Assembly: GCF_004010195.1 (NCBI RefSeq) | Contig: NC_057711.1 | Span: forward strand, 125,298,042 to 125,362,041 | Direction of reading: 5' to 3' | Length of the DNA: 64,000 nt | From: Chiloscyllium plagiosum | Taxonomy: Eukaryota | Shown: piece after piece, positions 25,240 through 38,556 of the stretch | How the letters are laid out: every line of letters begins with the position of its first letter | How positions within the stretch are numbered: the stretch's first letter is position 1 | Translations under genes and position numbers: made by a program | Notes under the pieces: generated by a model | The model's database searches: none | Told to the model about the DNA's origin: nothing | The model's input: the letters and a program-made list of their open reading frames with translations, nothing else

Positions 25240-26870
25240 GATACCAATCAGTAGGCTGCTTTGTCCTGATTGCTTTGAAAGTGTTTTTAGAGCTGCCTTC
25301 ATCCAGTCGAGTTAAGTATGTTTCATCTCAATCATAACTTGTACCTTGTCAATGATGAAGAAGCTTTGGGGATTCAGAAGGTGAATTATGCACTGCAGGA
25401 CACCTAGCATCTGATCTGCTCTCATAGCGATAGTATTTATTTGTTATTTCAATGCTAACCCACAGGATGTTGATAGGGCATTCAGTGATTGTAATGCCAC
25501 TGAATGTCAATGGATGGTGGTTAGATTATCATTGTCTGGCACCTCTATCATGTGAATGTTCCTGGTCTCCTATCAAACCAAGTCTGGATGTAATCTAAGT
25601 CTGGTTGCATTTGAACACAGACTTTTTGATTGATAAAGCAGTGAAAATAGTTGGGCCTAGGACAAGGATAATACCCTGAAGAACTCCTGCAGTAATATCC
25701 TGGACTGAGATAATTGACCTCCAACAATCATAACCACATTTGTTTGTGAGTGGTATGATTCCAATGAGTGGAAAGCTTACCCCATGATTTCAATTTTCTT
25801 CAGTTTTACCAGGGGTCCATGATGCCATACTTGGTCAAATGCTGCTTTGACTTCAGAGGTTGTCACTCTCACCTCCTTCCTGGAATTCAGTTCTTTGGTC
25901 CAGGGCTCCAACGAGGTCAGGAGGTCAGTGTCTCTTGAGCATCAGTGATCAAGTGTCCCTTTTCCAGTCCTGCTTGACAGTACTGTCAATGACAACTTCT
26001 ATCACTTTATGAATGACCAAGAGTGGACGTATAGAATGGTAACTGGTCCGGTTGCATTTATCCTGCTTTTTATGCACAGGACGTACCTGGGCAATTTTCA
26101 ATACTATTTGACAGAAGATGGATGCAAATACTTCAGCCTTATTGTTTCATTGTTGTGCTGGGCTCCCCATCATTGAGGATGGTGATTTTGTGGAGATTAT
26201 TCCTCCAGTGAGTTGATCTATTGTTAACTATCGTTCACAAGTAGATGTGACAGTTGTCCAGAGCTTTTATGTGTTTGCCACATGAGTGGTCCTGTATTGT
26301 TACTTTAGGTCAGAGTGTTACAAGGGGACATAAATTTAAGGTGAAGGGTGGAAGGTATAGGTGGGATGTCAGGGGTAGGTTCTTTACCCAGAGAGTGGGG
26401 GTGGCATGGAATGCGCTGCCTGTGGGAGTGGCAGAGTCAAAATCATTGGTGACCTTTAAGCGGCAATTGGATAGATACATGGATAGGTGCTTAAGCTAGG
26501 ACAAATGTTCGGCACAACATCGTAGGCCGAAGGGCCTGTTCTGTGCTGTATTGTTCTATGTTCTATAGGTTGACATTGCAGTTTTTGGCATGATTGGTGC
26601 TGCCCCTGGTATGCCCTCCTGCATTATATATTGAACTAGGGTAAATTCTCCAGCTTGATGGTAACGTTAGAAAAGGATATGCTGGGCATGAGGTTACAGA
26701 TTTTGGTGGTTTACATTCTGCTGCTGGTTGATACACTGCACCTCATACATACCCAGTTTTTAGTAGGCTAATCTGTTCGAAATCTCTCCCATTTAGCCCT
26801 GTGGCAGTGTCGCACAACACGATGAAGGGCACCCTCCATTTGAAGTCAGGGATTATGGTCACTCCTATTG
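25240..26870 (-). mobile_element. LINE family A RT/EN remnant, interrupted at about 26288-26566
   Basis: gatgccatacttggtcaaatgctgctttgacttcag reversed gives xVKAAFDQVWH, an RT motif; similar to 9780-10220 and 62100-63170. Confidence 0.7.
26288..26566 (+). mobile_element. Young CR1 3' end
   Basis: TRGHKFKVKGGRYRWDVRGRFFTQRVGVAWNALP...FKRQLDRYM; tail gttctatgttctat. Confidence 0.9.
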
Positions 26871-27406
26871 CCTTTTGGGGACACATCTATAGTGGGCAGA
26901 TTAATGAGAATGAGATTGAGAGATTTCTCCCTCTTATTGATTGCCTTCCCATTTGCCATGGACTCAGTCGAGCCGGAATATCTGTTAGGAAGCTTGGTTA
27001 GTACTGATGCTACAAATGTGTCTAAAGTCACCATTCTATTGGTAAAATAATATGTGATTCAGTAGAAAAAAGGACAAATTGTAGCTACATGAGAAGAGGA
27101 CATGTGTCAGAGGATTTGATCTTGATTTACAGATTACACTTAATTGACTTTGGAAGAGACAGACAATGTCTACAAAAACAGTCTTGATGAAGTTACTTGA
27201 ACTGAATTAATTGGGCAATTTTGTTACCTCGGACATGTACATGCTATAGAATTTATTCAACAAGAACGGGGAGATTTAGTCTGACGCAAAGTACAGGGTC
27301 TTCGCCAATAGCAAAATAAAATCTCATTTATATGAGAGAAAGAACTTGTTGAATCTGTAGAAAGTAAACTTGAGCTAACTGTAGCATACATTTGGTTTAT
27401 AAGCAT

Positions 27407-27557
27407 TTCAGTAGCATCATACTGTCATCTTTTGTTATAAATTCTGTGTCGTATGACCTTGTACTCCACAACCACCTGATGAAGGAGCAGTGCTTTGAAA
27501 GCTAGAGCTTCTGAATAAACCTGTTGGATTATAACCTGGTGTTGTGCAATTGTTAAC
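27407..27557 (+). mobile_element. Mini-PLE with intact minimal hammerhead core
   Basis: CTGATGA (27476-27482)-a-ggagc-agt-gcttt-GAAA-GCTA (to 27504). Same family as 10549-10745. Flanks ggtttataagcat / ggtttatagggat. Confidence 0.75.
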
Positions 27558-28719
27558 GGTTTATAGGGATAGACTTGTGATGTCATCAACAGGACTCTTT
27601 AATGGAAATCTGACACAACAAGAAGACTAGTATTTGTACAGTATGTATTAAGATATTTATTACAACATGTAAAATGTTATGTCATATTTTTTATAGTTAT
27701 TTCTGAATGTTCATGTTTACAGCAATGCCCTGGGGAAGGTGGTAGATGTTTATGAATTGATTATATGTAGTGATAGTCATTAAATTTAAAGTCTAATGAA
27801 GGGGTTATGTGTTTTGCGGTCTATCTGACAAAAGTCATACATGAATGTTAAATTAAAGGAAGCCAAGTGATTTGATTAAGAAGAAGGTGTGAGGCTTGTG
27901 GACGCTTGTAGACAATGGCTGAAGTACCTGTGTTCATAGTAGTGGTGAGGCTGTCAGTTTCCCAAGGCTGAATCTTTGGCGAATTGTGAGCTGCTCAGGG
28001 TTTTTGAGAGATTCCCACCATGAGGTCTAGAGACATTTCTCTGCATTTCTCACCAAATGTGCCTCATGAACTTCCTACATTCTCATGTATGGTAGCATTC
28101 CCATCTGATTCTAGTCCCATCACACCACCTGTTGTTCCCAGAACAACTTGTTACTCAACGAGTATCCCCCGAAAACTGGCCTTCCTTGCACCAAGCCATC
28201 TTTGAAAGGCTATTGAGCACCTGGATAAGTGTTGGCAATCTGCTGTTGCTCCTCACTAGCAATATCATGGCATAACAATTAATGGCATCACTGCTACTCC
28301 TTCCACAGGTAAACTCATTCTCTTACTCTGGTCACTATTTAACCTCCAAGCCACACCGTTTACCTGCCTGTAGCTACTTCCCATCCAAACACACACTACC
28401 ACTCTGTCTCCAGTGTCCAATGTGGACCCACATTTTCTCATTGTCCAGTAGGGGATAACCCCATACAGGCAAGCAATTGAACAATTCTAAAGATGAGATT
28501 TTTTTTATTTTTATATACAGCCACCAAAAGGAGGCACAAGCAAAATCAGTAGAGGCTTCAATGTACTCCAGCAATGAAAGCAACATGCTGGCAAAATGAC
28601 CAGCAACTATTTCAGATTCCAGGATGGTCAGCTGTACCCATCAATCAAATTTTAGCACCAAGTGTCAATCTGGTCCTGTCTAGCTTGCAGTGCATGACAC
28701 AGCTGAACTCTGTCATAAT

Positions 28720-28855
28720 TGAAAAGTGTGGCACGGAAAAGCACGACCCGAAATGTTGATTCTCCTGCTCCTCACATGCCTCCTGACCTGCTGTGCTTTT
28801 CCAGCACTACACTTTTCGAATCTGATCTCCAGCATCTACAGTCCTCACTTTCTCC
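28720..28855 (+). mobile_element. Fold-back mini-PLE end
   Basis: gaaaagtgtggcacggaaaagcac pairs with gtgcttttccagcactacacttttc; retains gacccgaaatgtt (3' half of a hammerhead). Confidence 0.65.
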
Positions 28856-28989
28856 TGAGCTTTGTATTTGCAAGGAAAGCTTGCTTTTCCACATTGCTTT
28901 TGACATGCTCCTTGGAAGGCTGTTTCTGTCCCCCTAGTTCCTCAGCATTCAATATATCAGGTCATTGCCTGCTTCAGGATGACATTGTA

Positions 28990-29340
28990 CATTTTATTGA
29001 CTATACTGGAGAGATCTTGTCAGACCACTTCATGTAACATAACCACATCCTCAGTAAGCCTAACCTTTGCTATCGCAAGGCCTTGGTCAATGCACAGGTA
29101 GCACTGCCTTTGCACTTTGCATCAGTCAGGATGTTGCTTAATGGTGCCATGAACTTTGGTCGCAGTAAATAGTCCTTGTCTTCCTTGTAAGGCACTTGGA
29201 CCCTCAAACGCACCAGGTACATGAGAGTGCTCTGGCATGCAAGAGTCATGGCAGATGGCAGGGGAGTAGGCACATGCATCCAGGAAGTGATCACAGATCA
29301 TCTGAAAATTAATGCAACCAAACTCCACCTGGCTGATGCA
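28990..29340 (-). pseudogene. PIF/Harbinger (HARBI1-like) DDE transposase relic
   Basis: Consecutive minus-strand pieces INFQMICDH..CAYSPAICHDS..HSHVPGAFEGPSALQG / DKDYLLRPKFMAPL / RSLQYS follow the Harbinger order NVQxVCD, PGSxHDS, GDxGYPL, LMTP, LQYSP; frameshifted. Confidence 0.75.
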
Positions 29341-29635
29341 TTCTGCAATGTTGTGACTCTGTCCTCTCAGTACCATGTGTGTGTAGAACTTAGCACCTGG
29401 GCGAAGGCTTTTCGTAAATTAACAATCAAACACATTGTTATGAGTCTGAAACATTTAGGTCAGATAAGGCAAGGATGACAAATTTACTTTTTTAAAGGAC
29501 ATTAATGAAGATTTGTGGCAATTAACAATGGTTACTTGATTGCCATTAAGCTAGGTGTTTCACTTGCAGACTTTAATTGAATGTAAATTTCAATATCTGC
29601 CACGGTGAGGTTTAAACCCATATCCGCAGAACGTT

Positions 29636-29776
29636 AACAGAAGTTGCTGGAAAAACTCAACAGGTCTGGCAACATCTGTGAAGAGAAATCAAAGTTACTG
29701 CTGCCAGACCTCCTGAGCTTTTCCAGCAATTTCTGTTTTTGTTTCTGATTTACAGCATCCGCAGTTCCTTTGGTTT
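29636..29776. mobile_element. Fold-back mini-PLE inserted in a minus-strand tRNA SINE (about 29420-29840)
   Basis: Arms 29638-29674 and 29699-29735; flanks tccgcagaacgtt / tccgcaggatatt. Confidence 0.75.
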
Positions 29777-30499
29777 TCCGCAGGATATTGGTCTGGGGCT
29801 CTGGGTTACTACATCAGTGACATTACCATTCGGTCAACACCTTCACAGTGGGGATTGCTTGACACAGATACTTAATGGCTGAAATAGAATAAAATGATTA
29901 ATTTGTCAAGTGGTAACAATAAGTTGCATTTATATAAACACTTGTAAAGACTGGAAACCGAGAGATGTGTTGCAGAATTAAGGGCCAGATTTCACGATAC
30001 AGATGTTGAACTTAGGCAATGACAGAAAGCATGTTGAAAACAAAAGGTTTTAAGATGGGAAAAGAAGTGAAGGTGTGAAGTGATAATTATAAAGAATGTC
30101 CATAATTAGGGCTAAAAGAACTGGAGGCTATTGAATGTGAAGAGTCAATGTTAGTGTCATTTGAGTGCAGAAAGAGGTTACTGCAAAACGGTGGTTCAAG
30201 ACTGTAATATAGTTGAAGATGAAACAAGGATATTAAGCATAATAGTATAGTGGGCAAGGAGCTAATGTAAGCTCCAAAAGATGAGGGTAAAACATCACTG
30301 AAATGTTTCGTGTTTTTGCACCTATAATGGGAAGCTGTACATGTGCTAAGATCCACTTGAATTCAGCACTTGTATCATGTGTACTGAGTTCTAATCAAAG
30401 AATACTGCAACTAATTATGTCTAAAGGTTAATACAAAGTGAGATCAAAGAATTGTATCACTGAAAAATACTTTTTTTTAACTAAATGCATTTATCTAAT

Positions 30500-30602
30500 C
30501 TCTGTTCAGAGATATTATTACACATCACTGGAGCAGGTGAGACTTGAACCTAGGCATCCTGGTCCAGGGTAAGGACACTACCATTGCACTACAAGAGGGC
30601 CC
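30500..30602 (-). mobile_element. Short tRNA-derived SINE
   Basis: Minus strand reads tagtgcaatggtag...ggttcaagtctcacctgctccag; a related copy lies at 54212-54320 (+). Confidence 0.65.
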
Positions 30603-31959
30603 CTATGAACTGACATTAAGACTCCAGTTGCAATTGCATCCAGCCAGTGAAGACCGGGTTGGGGAGGGAATAATTAAAGTCCTGGGTCCAGTTCACTGTT
30701 CTAACTCTGCCTCCAACTGCATCATGTTATCGTGAAGCTCATCTCTCTGATCCTAAGCATTGCTGGGTTTTTGATTTGTTAACACAGTCCCCTGCACCCT
30801 CCACCACTTACCTATAACATCAGGGCTATGCATCCTTGTAGTGTTCTTGCTGAGGAAGATTTCTTGCATAAACAGTGATTCACACTGGTAAGAAACATCT
30901 GTGCCAACATCTGTTAATGACCCAGCTCTGAATGGCAAGAGGAGCACAGCAAGATTTGTCTCTCCTGTCAGTGCAGCAATTCACTGAAGATAGTTCTATT
31001 GCCACATTGCTCCCTAAAGCTGAAAGGCTGCCTGCTGGTGAACTCAAGACATTGGATCTGCTCTTGGTCTGTTTGAATACGGAATGTTAAACATGATCAA
31101 AGACGGACTTTTATTTTATTCTTCCAATATATGCATTGGAATGCACCTATGTACATTTTGATGTATTAGTTATAGTGTTGTCAAGTTCAGACTGAAAGTA
31201 ATATATTTTGCATTTCATAAATGACAGTCGAATTCACATCGCAGTTTGTTTTCAAGATTTTGTCAGTGTGGAGCTTTCCAGATTATTTGGTGTAGAAGAG
31301 AAAAGGCTTCATCCTATGACAGCAAACTACAGAACTCAGCAGAGCTGTCACAATAATTAGGAACATGTCTGCCCAACTGTGTTTCAGTAATGAATCCCTG
31401 ACAGTACTACTAGAGTACAGCTTAGTACAAATAATTTAATGTGACTTGCCACATGCGAATTGGACTCAGTACTTATAGTAAAATAAAATACTTTCATCTC
31501 ATTTTTACCTCTGAAGTAACAAAGAATTAATAAAATGAGTGTGCCTTGTTTTTCTTTCTCCCCATGTCCCAAAACCTGTAACCTGTAATATTTTTCATAT
31601 GCCCTTTTTTGTTGTTAACATCACAATAAGTCTTCTGACTTATTTAACTCTTGAATTGCTGTAAATTGAATAATTAAAACATTTATGTGGAAATCTACTT
31701 TATTTCCTTTATTATTTCTTAGACTAGCTATGCAATATTGGCATACAAAATAGAGACAAGCAAGGAAAGAAAATCATCAAAGATATTTCCAGAAATCATG
31801 TTATTCCTCCTCTTCATATCTCTGCCCAAAGACCCATTATTTCACCACACGTAAGGCAAGGAAGCAGGTCCAGAATCCATCTCAGCCAGAACAAACATCA
31901 AACTGGTGCAGTTAGCACCAATCTAATCCACACCAGTCAGTCAACTGAGCTGACCAATA

Positions 31960-33470
31960 GCTTGCTCACTAATAGTCAATATGGGTTACACCAGTGCCAT
32001 ATAGCTCTTGACCACATTACAGCCTTAATCCAAACATAGAAAAAGATTCCAATTCCAGAGGTGAGGTGAAGTCAATGAGGGGGGAAGCTTTCAACTAGTT
32101 GGAATTAAAGCTGGCACATGGGAAGATGATTATGGTGGCTGGAGGTCAGTCATCCCAGCTCCAGGATATTTCTGCAGGAGTGCATCAGGGCCAAGCCCTT
32201 GGATCATCCACCTTCAGCTGTTTTATTGATGAGCTTTGTGATGATACTATGGCTTTAAGATGTATATTTGGTTCTGATTTTTTATGAAGAAACGTTGAGA
32301 CAGACAAATGGTCTGCTCAAAGCCGATAAAGTAAAACGCTTGCAAGGCCTTGGTTTTCTTTAGAAGTTGGAACAATAGAAGCAGCCTGAATGGTGGGGTC
32401 AAGCTATCACAGAATCAGAACTTTTAGTTTAAGCTTTGTTGGGGTCTTGAAGCTGGATGTGGAAGCTCTTATTCCTCTCTCTGCTACATTAAAGGTAGGG
32501 TTCTCTTCTTGCTGCTAGAATTGAATGGAATTTATTGTTACTTGTACCAAACGACAGTGAAAGGCTTTGCCTTGCGAGCAAGGGAGGATGCTCATCAATG
32601 CTTACACATTGTTCGGCAACATTCAGAACTCCTCAGATACTGTTGGAGTCCATGTCCAGATACAGCAAGAACTGGATGATATCCAGGTTCAGACTGACAA
32701 GTTCAAGTAATAATTGTGTTGCACAAGCGCCAGGCAATGACCAGCTCTAGTGAGACAAAATCTAACCATCACCCCTTGGCATTTAAAGGTACCACCTTCA
32801 CTGAATTCTGAACTATCAACCTTCTGGGGTTTACCACTATCCAGACACTGAACTGGACTAGGCATATAAGTATGATGGCTATGACAGCAGATCAGAGGCT
32901 AAGAATCCTACAGTGATTAACTGACTTCCTGACTCTCTAAAATCCGTCCTCTATCTACATGGCATATGTCAGGCGTGTAATGGAATACTACTCCCTCCCC
33001 ATTTCCTTCGATGGATGCAATACTCAAGACGCTCAGTACCATACCTGACAAAGCGGCCCATGTGATTAGCCCACAACCACAAACATTCACACCCTCCACC
33101 ATGGATGCTTAGCAGCAGCAATGTTGACTATCTACAGGATACAGTTCAAGTATTTGCCAAAGATCTTGAGATAGTATCTTACAAACCCATGACCACTACC
33201 AGGACAAGAAGAGCAGATACACGGTAACATATGTATCCTTTCTATGCCAGTCACCATCCTCACTTGCAAATATATTGCCATTCCTTTAGTGTCACTGAAT
33301 CTAAATTTTGGAATTCCTTCCCTAAAATAATTTTGGGTGTGTCTTCACCAAATGAACTGCAGTGGTACAAGAAGACAGCTCACAACCACCTTCTTGGAGT
33401 GACTAGGGAACAGCTACATATTCAAGCCCAGCCAGCAATGTGCCGATCCTATGAATAAATTGAATAAAAA
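31960..33470 (+). mobile_element. LINE family A, RT to 3' end, with an unrelated insert at about 32240-32580
   Basis: LLTNSQYGLHQ, ISAGVHQGQALGSSTFSCFIDEL (RT motif GVPQGSxLGP) and SKFWNSFP...KKTAHNHLL; ends in aataaa-like tail. Confidence 0.8.
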
Positions 33471-33799
33471 TGACCAGAGTACCTCTCACTTTCACAGCCT
33501 ACCATTGGCTTAAGTTCAAATAATTTACAAGTTGGTGCTCAAACTCTTTGACCATGTTTTGAATATAACTTCATTGTCTGGGAATTGAACCAGAGATTCT
33601 GGCTCAGAGGCTGGAACGCTACCACTGCAAGGCAGGACCTCAGTCATGACATTAGCAATATTTAAAAACATGAGGGCTTCCTAAACAGACAATATAGTCC
33701 ACAAAAACAAAAGCCAGTCTACTCTTGTGGATGATAACAAGAACAATTTGTCTCTTGCACCTTTGACAAAATTAAACCTCCTTCATGGAGGGAATGTGC

Positions 33800-35200
33800 A
33801 AAGGAAAATGACACCAAGTTGCATACGGTCAGATAATAGAACCATTGGGCAAAAAGGTGGATTTTAAGCAGTGAACTAAAATAAGAAAGGCAGAAAGTTT
33901 AGCAAAAGAATTTCAGAGCCTATGGTTGAGGTAGTGGAAGGTATGCCAACCAACAGTGGAGCAATTCAACTGGGGGTATTTGAGAGGACAGAATTTGAGG
34001 ATTACTAATTATATCAGAAGATTGTAGGTCTAGGGAAGATTACAGAGATTTGAAGGATTTGAAATTAAGGATGAGAATTTTATATATGAGATTTTGTTTC
34101 ACCAGGAGGCATTATAGGTCAGTAAGTGCAGAGGTGATAAGCATTTGTTACGAGTTAAGACACAAGCAGCCTGGTTTTGCATGACCTCAAGTTTGTTGGA
34201 GAGAAGGTAGGCCAGAAGTGCGCAAGATTCTTCAAAACTGAAAGTAGCAAAGGCGTGGATGAGTGTTTCAGGAGCAGCAGAGCTGAGGCAGGGCAAAAAG
34301 TGTTTGATGGTAAAGAAGTGTGACTAAGCGTTCTGAATGGTGGCATGGACATGTGATTTAAAGCTCATCTCAATTTCAACTATAATATAATGTTTGTACG
34401 TAGTCTGCTTCAGCATCAGAGTGTTACTAGCTGGGAGCGCAGTATTAGCAAGGGAGCAATATTTGTTTGTCGCTATGTTTGTGTGGGTGGGGAGAGTGGG
34501 CAGGAAATTATCTGAAAGTAATGGCCTCAGTCTTCCCAGTATTTAGTTGAAAGAAATTCTATCAATGCTGGATGTTGAATAAGCAGTCATATAATTTAGA
34601 CACTTTAAATAAGTCAATAATGAAGGTGAATTTGGGGGGTTGACACCAGGTCTGTGGAAATTGATAACTGATGTTTTGTTTTGAATGACATTGTCAAGGA
34701 GTAGCATGGAAATAAGAAATATGAGTAGAGTAAGGATAGGCACCAGGGGTATCTGAGCATGCATGGGAAGCAACTCCATTGCAGGTGACTCTTTGGCTAT
34801 TACTAGATAAATAAGAATGGAATCTCTAGATAATAATGGAGAGACAGTAGAGAAAGCGGTTGTGATCAACCATGTGAAGACTGGTTGATAAGGACAAAGG
34901 CAGGCAATTTTTTCATTCAGGTGGCATTTGTAAACTTTGGTAAGTGCTGTTTTGGTCTTGTGTCAGGGCAGAATCCTGATTGGAGGGATTCAAACATGCA
35001 GTTCCAGGAAAGATGAATATAAAATTTGGAGGTGACAATGTGGTAAAGGACTTTGGAAAAGAAAAGATTGGAGAATGGGTGGTGATATGCAAGGATGGAG
35101 CAGGTCAAGGGTTTTTCTTTTGGAAGAGGTGAACGTAGATTTGAAGGGCCTTCAAAAGGGGCAAAACATGCAGAGCGAGAACCATTAGCAATGTCACTTA
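33800..35200 (-). mobile_element. L2-clade LINE remnant
   Basis: PFSNLFFSKVL...FESLQSGF and LSSAAPETLIHAF...KLEVMQNQAACVLTR match L2 ORF2 motifs (PISNLPFLSKVLE, QSGF, ETLIHAFVTSRLDY, LQxIQNxAAR). Confidence 0.85.
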
Positions 35201-36137
35201 ACAGGGAAATGTAAAACTGGACACTAGATGGTATGTAACATAGTGGGAATAAGGTCAAGAGAACAAATATGAAAAAATTTAGTGGAAACAATAACTGTGC
35301 ATTAAACTGGCCAACTGACATGATAGCCTTGCTAAAGCTCTTGCATAGTTTTCATTTGACATTGTTTTCATCGAAGCCTTCCTTCCTACATTTGTTCAAA
35401 GCAGGAAATGATAACAGATAGGTAAATTGAATTATTCGGTTACAATGCACATTTCTTTCTTTTCAACCTTTTTCTTCTTCCTGAAAGTTGCTGACTTTTT
35501 TGTTGCAAGGCCATGTTGTCATTGTCATATTTTACACATGAACTTTGTAAGTTATTGAACAGATTTTCCATCCATGAGGATCATGTACATGCCCTGATTG
35601 TATCCTCATTTACATGCATAGACTATTAGAAGAGGCTGCTTGATTATAAAATGCACTTGGAGTAGTGCTGTCTCTAAACCCTTGATACTCAAAACAATTA
35701 CAGGATCCCTGGTGCTGTATTGTCATCTCACCAGAATGAATAAATTCTAGACCAGGAATCAAGTCTTTCTAGTCTGATGTGACACTGATAGAAAATAAGC
35801 AAAATTATGCTTATAAAGCACTTTTTACCAACGTCAGGTCATCCGAAAGCATGTTTGTAATAGCGTGAATTATGTAATGCAGGAAATGTGGCATCCCATA
35901 AACTGCAATGGGATGATGACTAAATAATCTGCTTTGATGGTGTTGGCATTCCCTGAATAAAATTCAATGCAGGCTTGGATGCTGCACCAGTGAATTGATT
36001 GCTGCCGCTATTTTCTATCATATCAGGGAAAAAAGCAGCCAATAGTGCAGATTGTCACCTGACCAAAATCTAAAGATTCTAATTAGAGATCACATATTAC
36101 ATATGAGTGCCTTAATTAATATAGATATTGAAGCGAT

Positions 36138-36353
36138 TGTAATAAGGTCAGCCAGCTGGATCTCATAGAATATGAGTTCCCTGATTGGGGCTGTTAACCT
36201 GGTCCAATCAGAGAGTCCTGGCTAACATATATAAACAGGAGTGTCAGAGGTTCTGTTCACTCTGAGGGGGAGCTGGGTCAGTGTCAAGAACTCTCCATGT
36301 GTAAATAAAGGGTGATTTGGTGATGGGATACTGGCTTCTATGGAGTTATTTCA
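36138..36353 (+). mobile_element. Solo LTR, 216 bp (probably Gypsy-type)
   Basis: Begins TGTAATAA and ends TTATTTCA, with CCAAT, TATATAAA (about 36228) and AATAAA (about 36304) in LTR order. TSD is imperfect (gcgat / aggat). Confidence 0.7.
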
Positions 36354-37559
36354 AGGATAGCTTGTGACCAGCAACAGATGTAAGACCATTTCCACTCAGC
36401 AAGAGATCAGAGCTGACATTTATAGCACCGTAAGCCACAGAAAAATACCATGACTGGGGTCTGCATGTCTTCAATATAAGCAGGTTTGGTACTATGCTTC
36501 TCTAACTAATGGGTCTCTCTCTCTCTCTTTCTCTCTCTTCCTAGCAAGGCAACAGTTAAGGGTGTTGGCATGACCCCACTGGATACTTTGAACTCTGCTC
36601 ATGAATCGTTTCGCCAAAGACCACAGAACATTCAGGAATGTCTGGGGTGAGGAGTGATAAAACACACAGCTGGAAGTCACCCCCACCCCCTCAGTGAATT
36701 TTCACAGGGAAGTCTCACACCAAGATTCATTACAGAAGATTGTGTAGCCACCCAAGAAGACCCAGGAGAAGACCTGCTCTGACCAGGGAAACCCACCTTT
36801 GTAGAAGAGAGTGAGCCCTACGTCAGAGAGAAAGGAGATTCCAACAACCTAGCTCAAACATGTGGATAATTGCAGGTCACATCATTTCTCAGATGGATAG
36901 GGCTGGATAGAGAGTAAATATTGTGGGAATTTGGAAAATTCTCACTTGGTATTTCTAATAAGGAATATTTGTTAATGAAAGTGAGGTGAACTGAAAATCA
37001 AATTCTGCATCTCTTTGTCAACCTCACCAACAAGACCACTTGTGTAAAGTGTTTTTAATGCATAAACTGGTCCATGTCCAAAGCACCCACAAGATGATAC
37101 AGTGTAATAATTAGCATAATGCTTATAATCCCTTCTTCTACAGAAACCATTCAGGCCAATCACACCTGCATCAGATCTTCTAAAGAGCTGTAAATTTAAT
37201 CTAACTCTTCTGCTCTGTTGTTTATACTCCAAATAGTTTACAAATATTTAATGTATACTATAAATGGCAGAAACCAAAGTTGGCAACTGCAGCAGTATTT
37301 CTTGATACTAAAAGTTTTCACAATCTATAAGATTAATGTCATCCTCAAGGTGGTTAATCTAAATTGAGCAATCAACCAATATTTGAAATTATCAAAAAAA
37401 TTGAAGACATCATATTATAAAATTAATTTGAATCTTAAAATGACAAATTCCCCGTGCAAGAACAATTATGATTGAAGAGAAATCATTTACACGGTGAAGA
37501 CCAAAATTGACAGAAAAACTTCACTAGTTGATAAAGTACCTGCACTTCCATGCAACTGA

Positions 37560-38520
37560 ACATAAACCAATCCCTCACTATTTAGCTTAAAGCTTTATCC
37601 ATACTGTAGTTATGTGATTTGCCAGGATTCTTATTCCAGCATGATTCAGGGGAGCCCATCCCATCAGGACAGCTACCTTTTTCCTCATAGTGATGTTGAT
37701 GTCCCCTGGATTCAAACCCATTTCACTCACATCAATCTATGAACCACACCTTGACCTCTTTAGTCTTGTTGACCCTGTGCCAAATAGTTTGTGACTAAAT
37801 TAGTAATCTGAGATGGTTATCTTCTTGGTTCTGCTTGTTTACTTAGCCACTAGCTGCTCATGTTACCTCAGCACAACCTCTTTCCTCTTTCTACCTACAT
37901 CATTGTTACCTACGTGGTCCATGACAAGTCGATCTTTCCCCTCCCACACCGAGTTCCTCTGCAGCCTGCTTGAACAAAATGGAACCCAGGCACAAAGCAG
38001 GCATCACAGCTTCTGGGACTCTTAACATGTCCACAGAAAACCGTCTATCGGCTCAGTGGTTAGCACTGCTGCCTCACAGCACCAAGGTCCCATGTTCGAT
38101 TCCAACCTCGAGTGAATGTCTGTGTGGAGTTTGCACATTCTCCCTGTGTCTGTGTGGGTTTCCTCCCACAGTCCAACGATGTGCAGATTAGGTGACTTGG
38201 CCATGCTAAATTGCCCATAATGTTAGGTGCATTAGTAAGAGGGAAATGGGTCTGGGTGGGTTACTCTTCGGAGGGTCAGTGTGGACTGGTTGGGCCGAAA
38301 GGCGTGTTTCCATACTGTAGGGAATCTAAGCTACAGTATTACAACTACATCTACATTCCTCTTTTCTCCACTCTTGCTTTGAATGGCTCCCTGTATCACA
38401 GTGATATGACCAGTTTACTTATCATCCATATAACACCCACTCTCTTACACACTACGAGCAAAAATATCAAACCTGTTAGACAGGCTCAAGGGCTGAGGGT
38501 CCTTCAGTAATACCTCTTAG
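37560..38520 (+). mobile_element. Possible very old PLE 3' remnant hosting a SINE
   Basis: Weak resemblance to the 3' regions at 23720-24090 and 46480-47190. Confidence 0.3.
38048..38330 (+). mobile_element. HE1/V-SINE-type SINE
   Basis: ggctcagtggttagcactgctgcctcacag...gttcgattcc...tgtgtggagtttgcac...gggaatctaa. Confidence 0.9.
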
Positions 38521-38556
38521 ATTCCTTGATTGATAATCCTTTAGCTCTCCACAATG

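Noticed and set aside
30932-31090. 52-aa ORF MARGAQQDLSLLSVQQFTEDSS...
   Set aside because: No recognisable homology, and the length is expected by chance in 64 kb.
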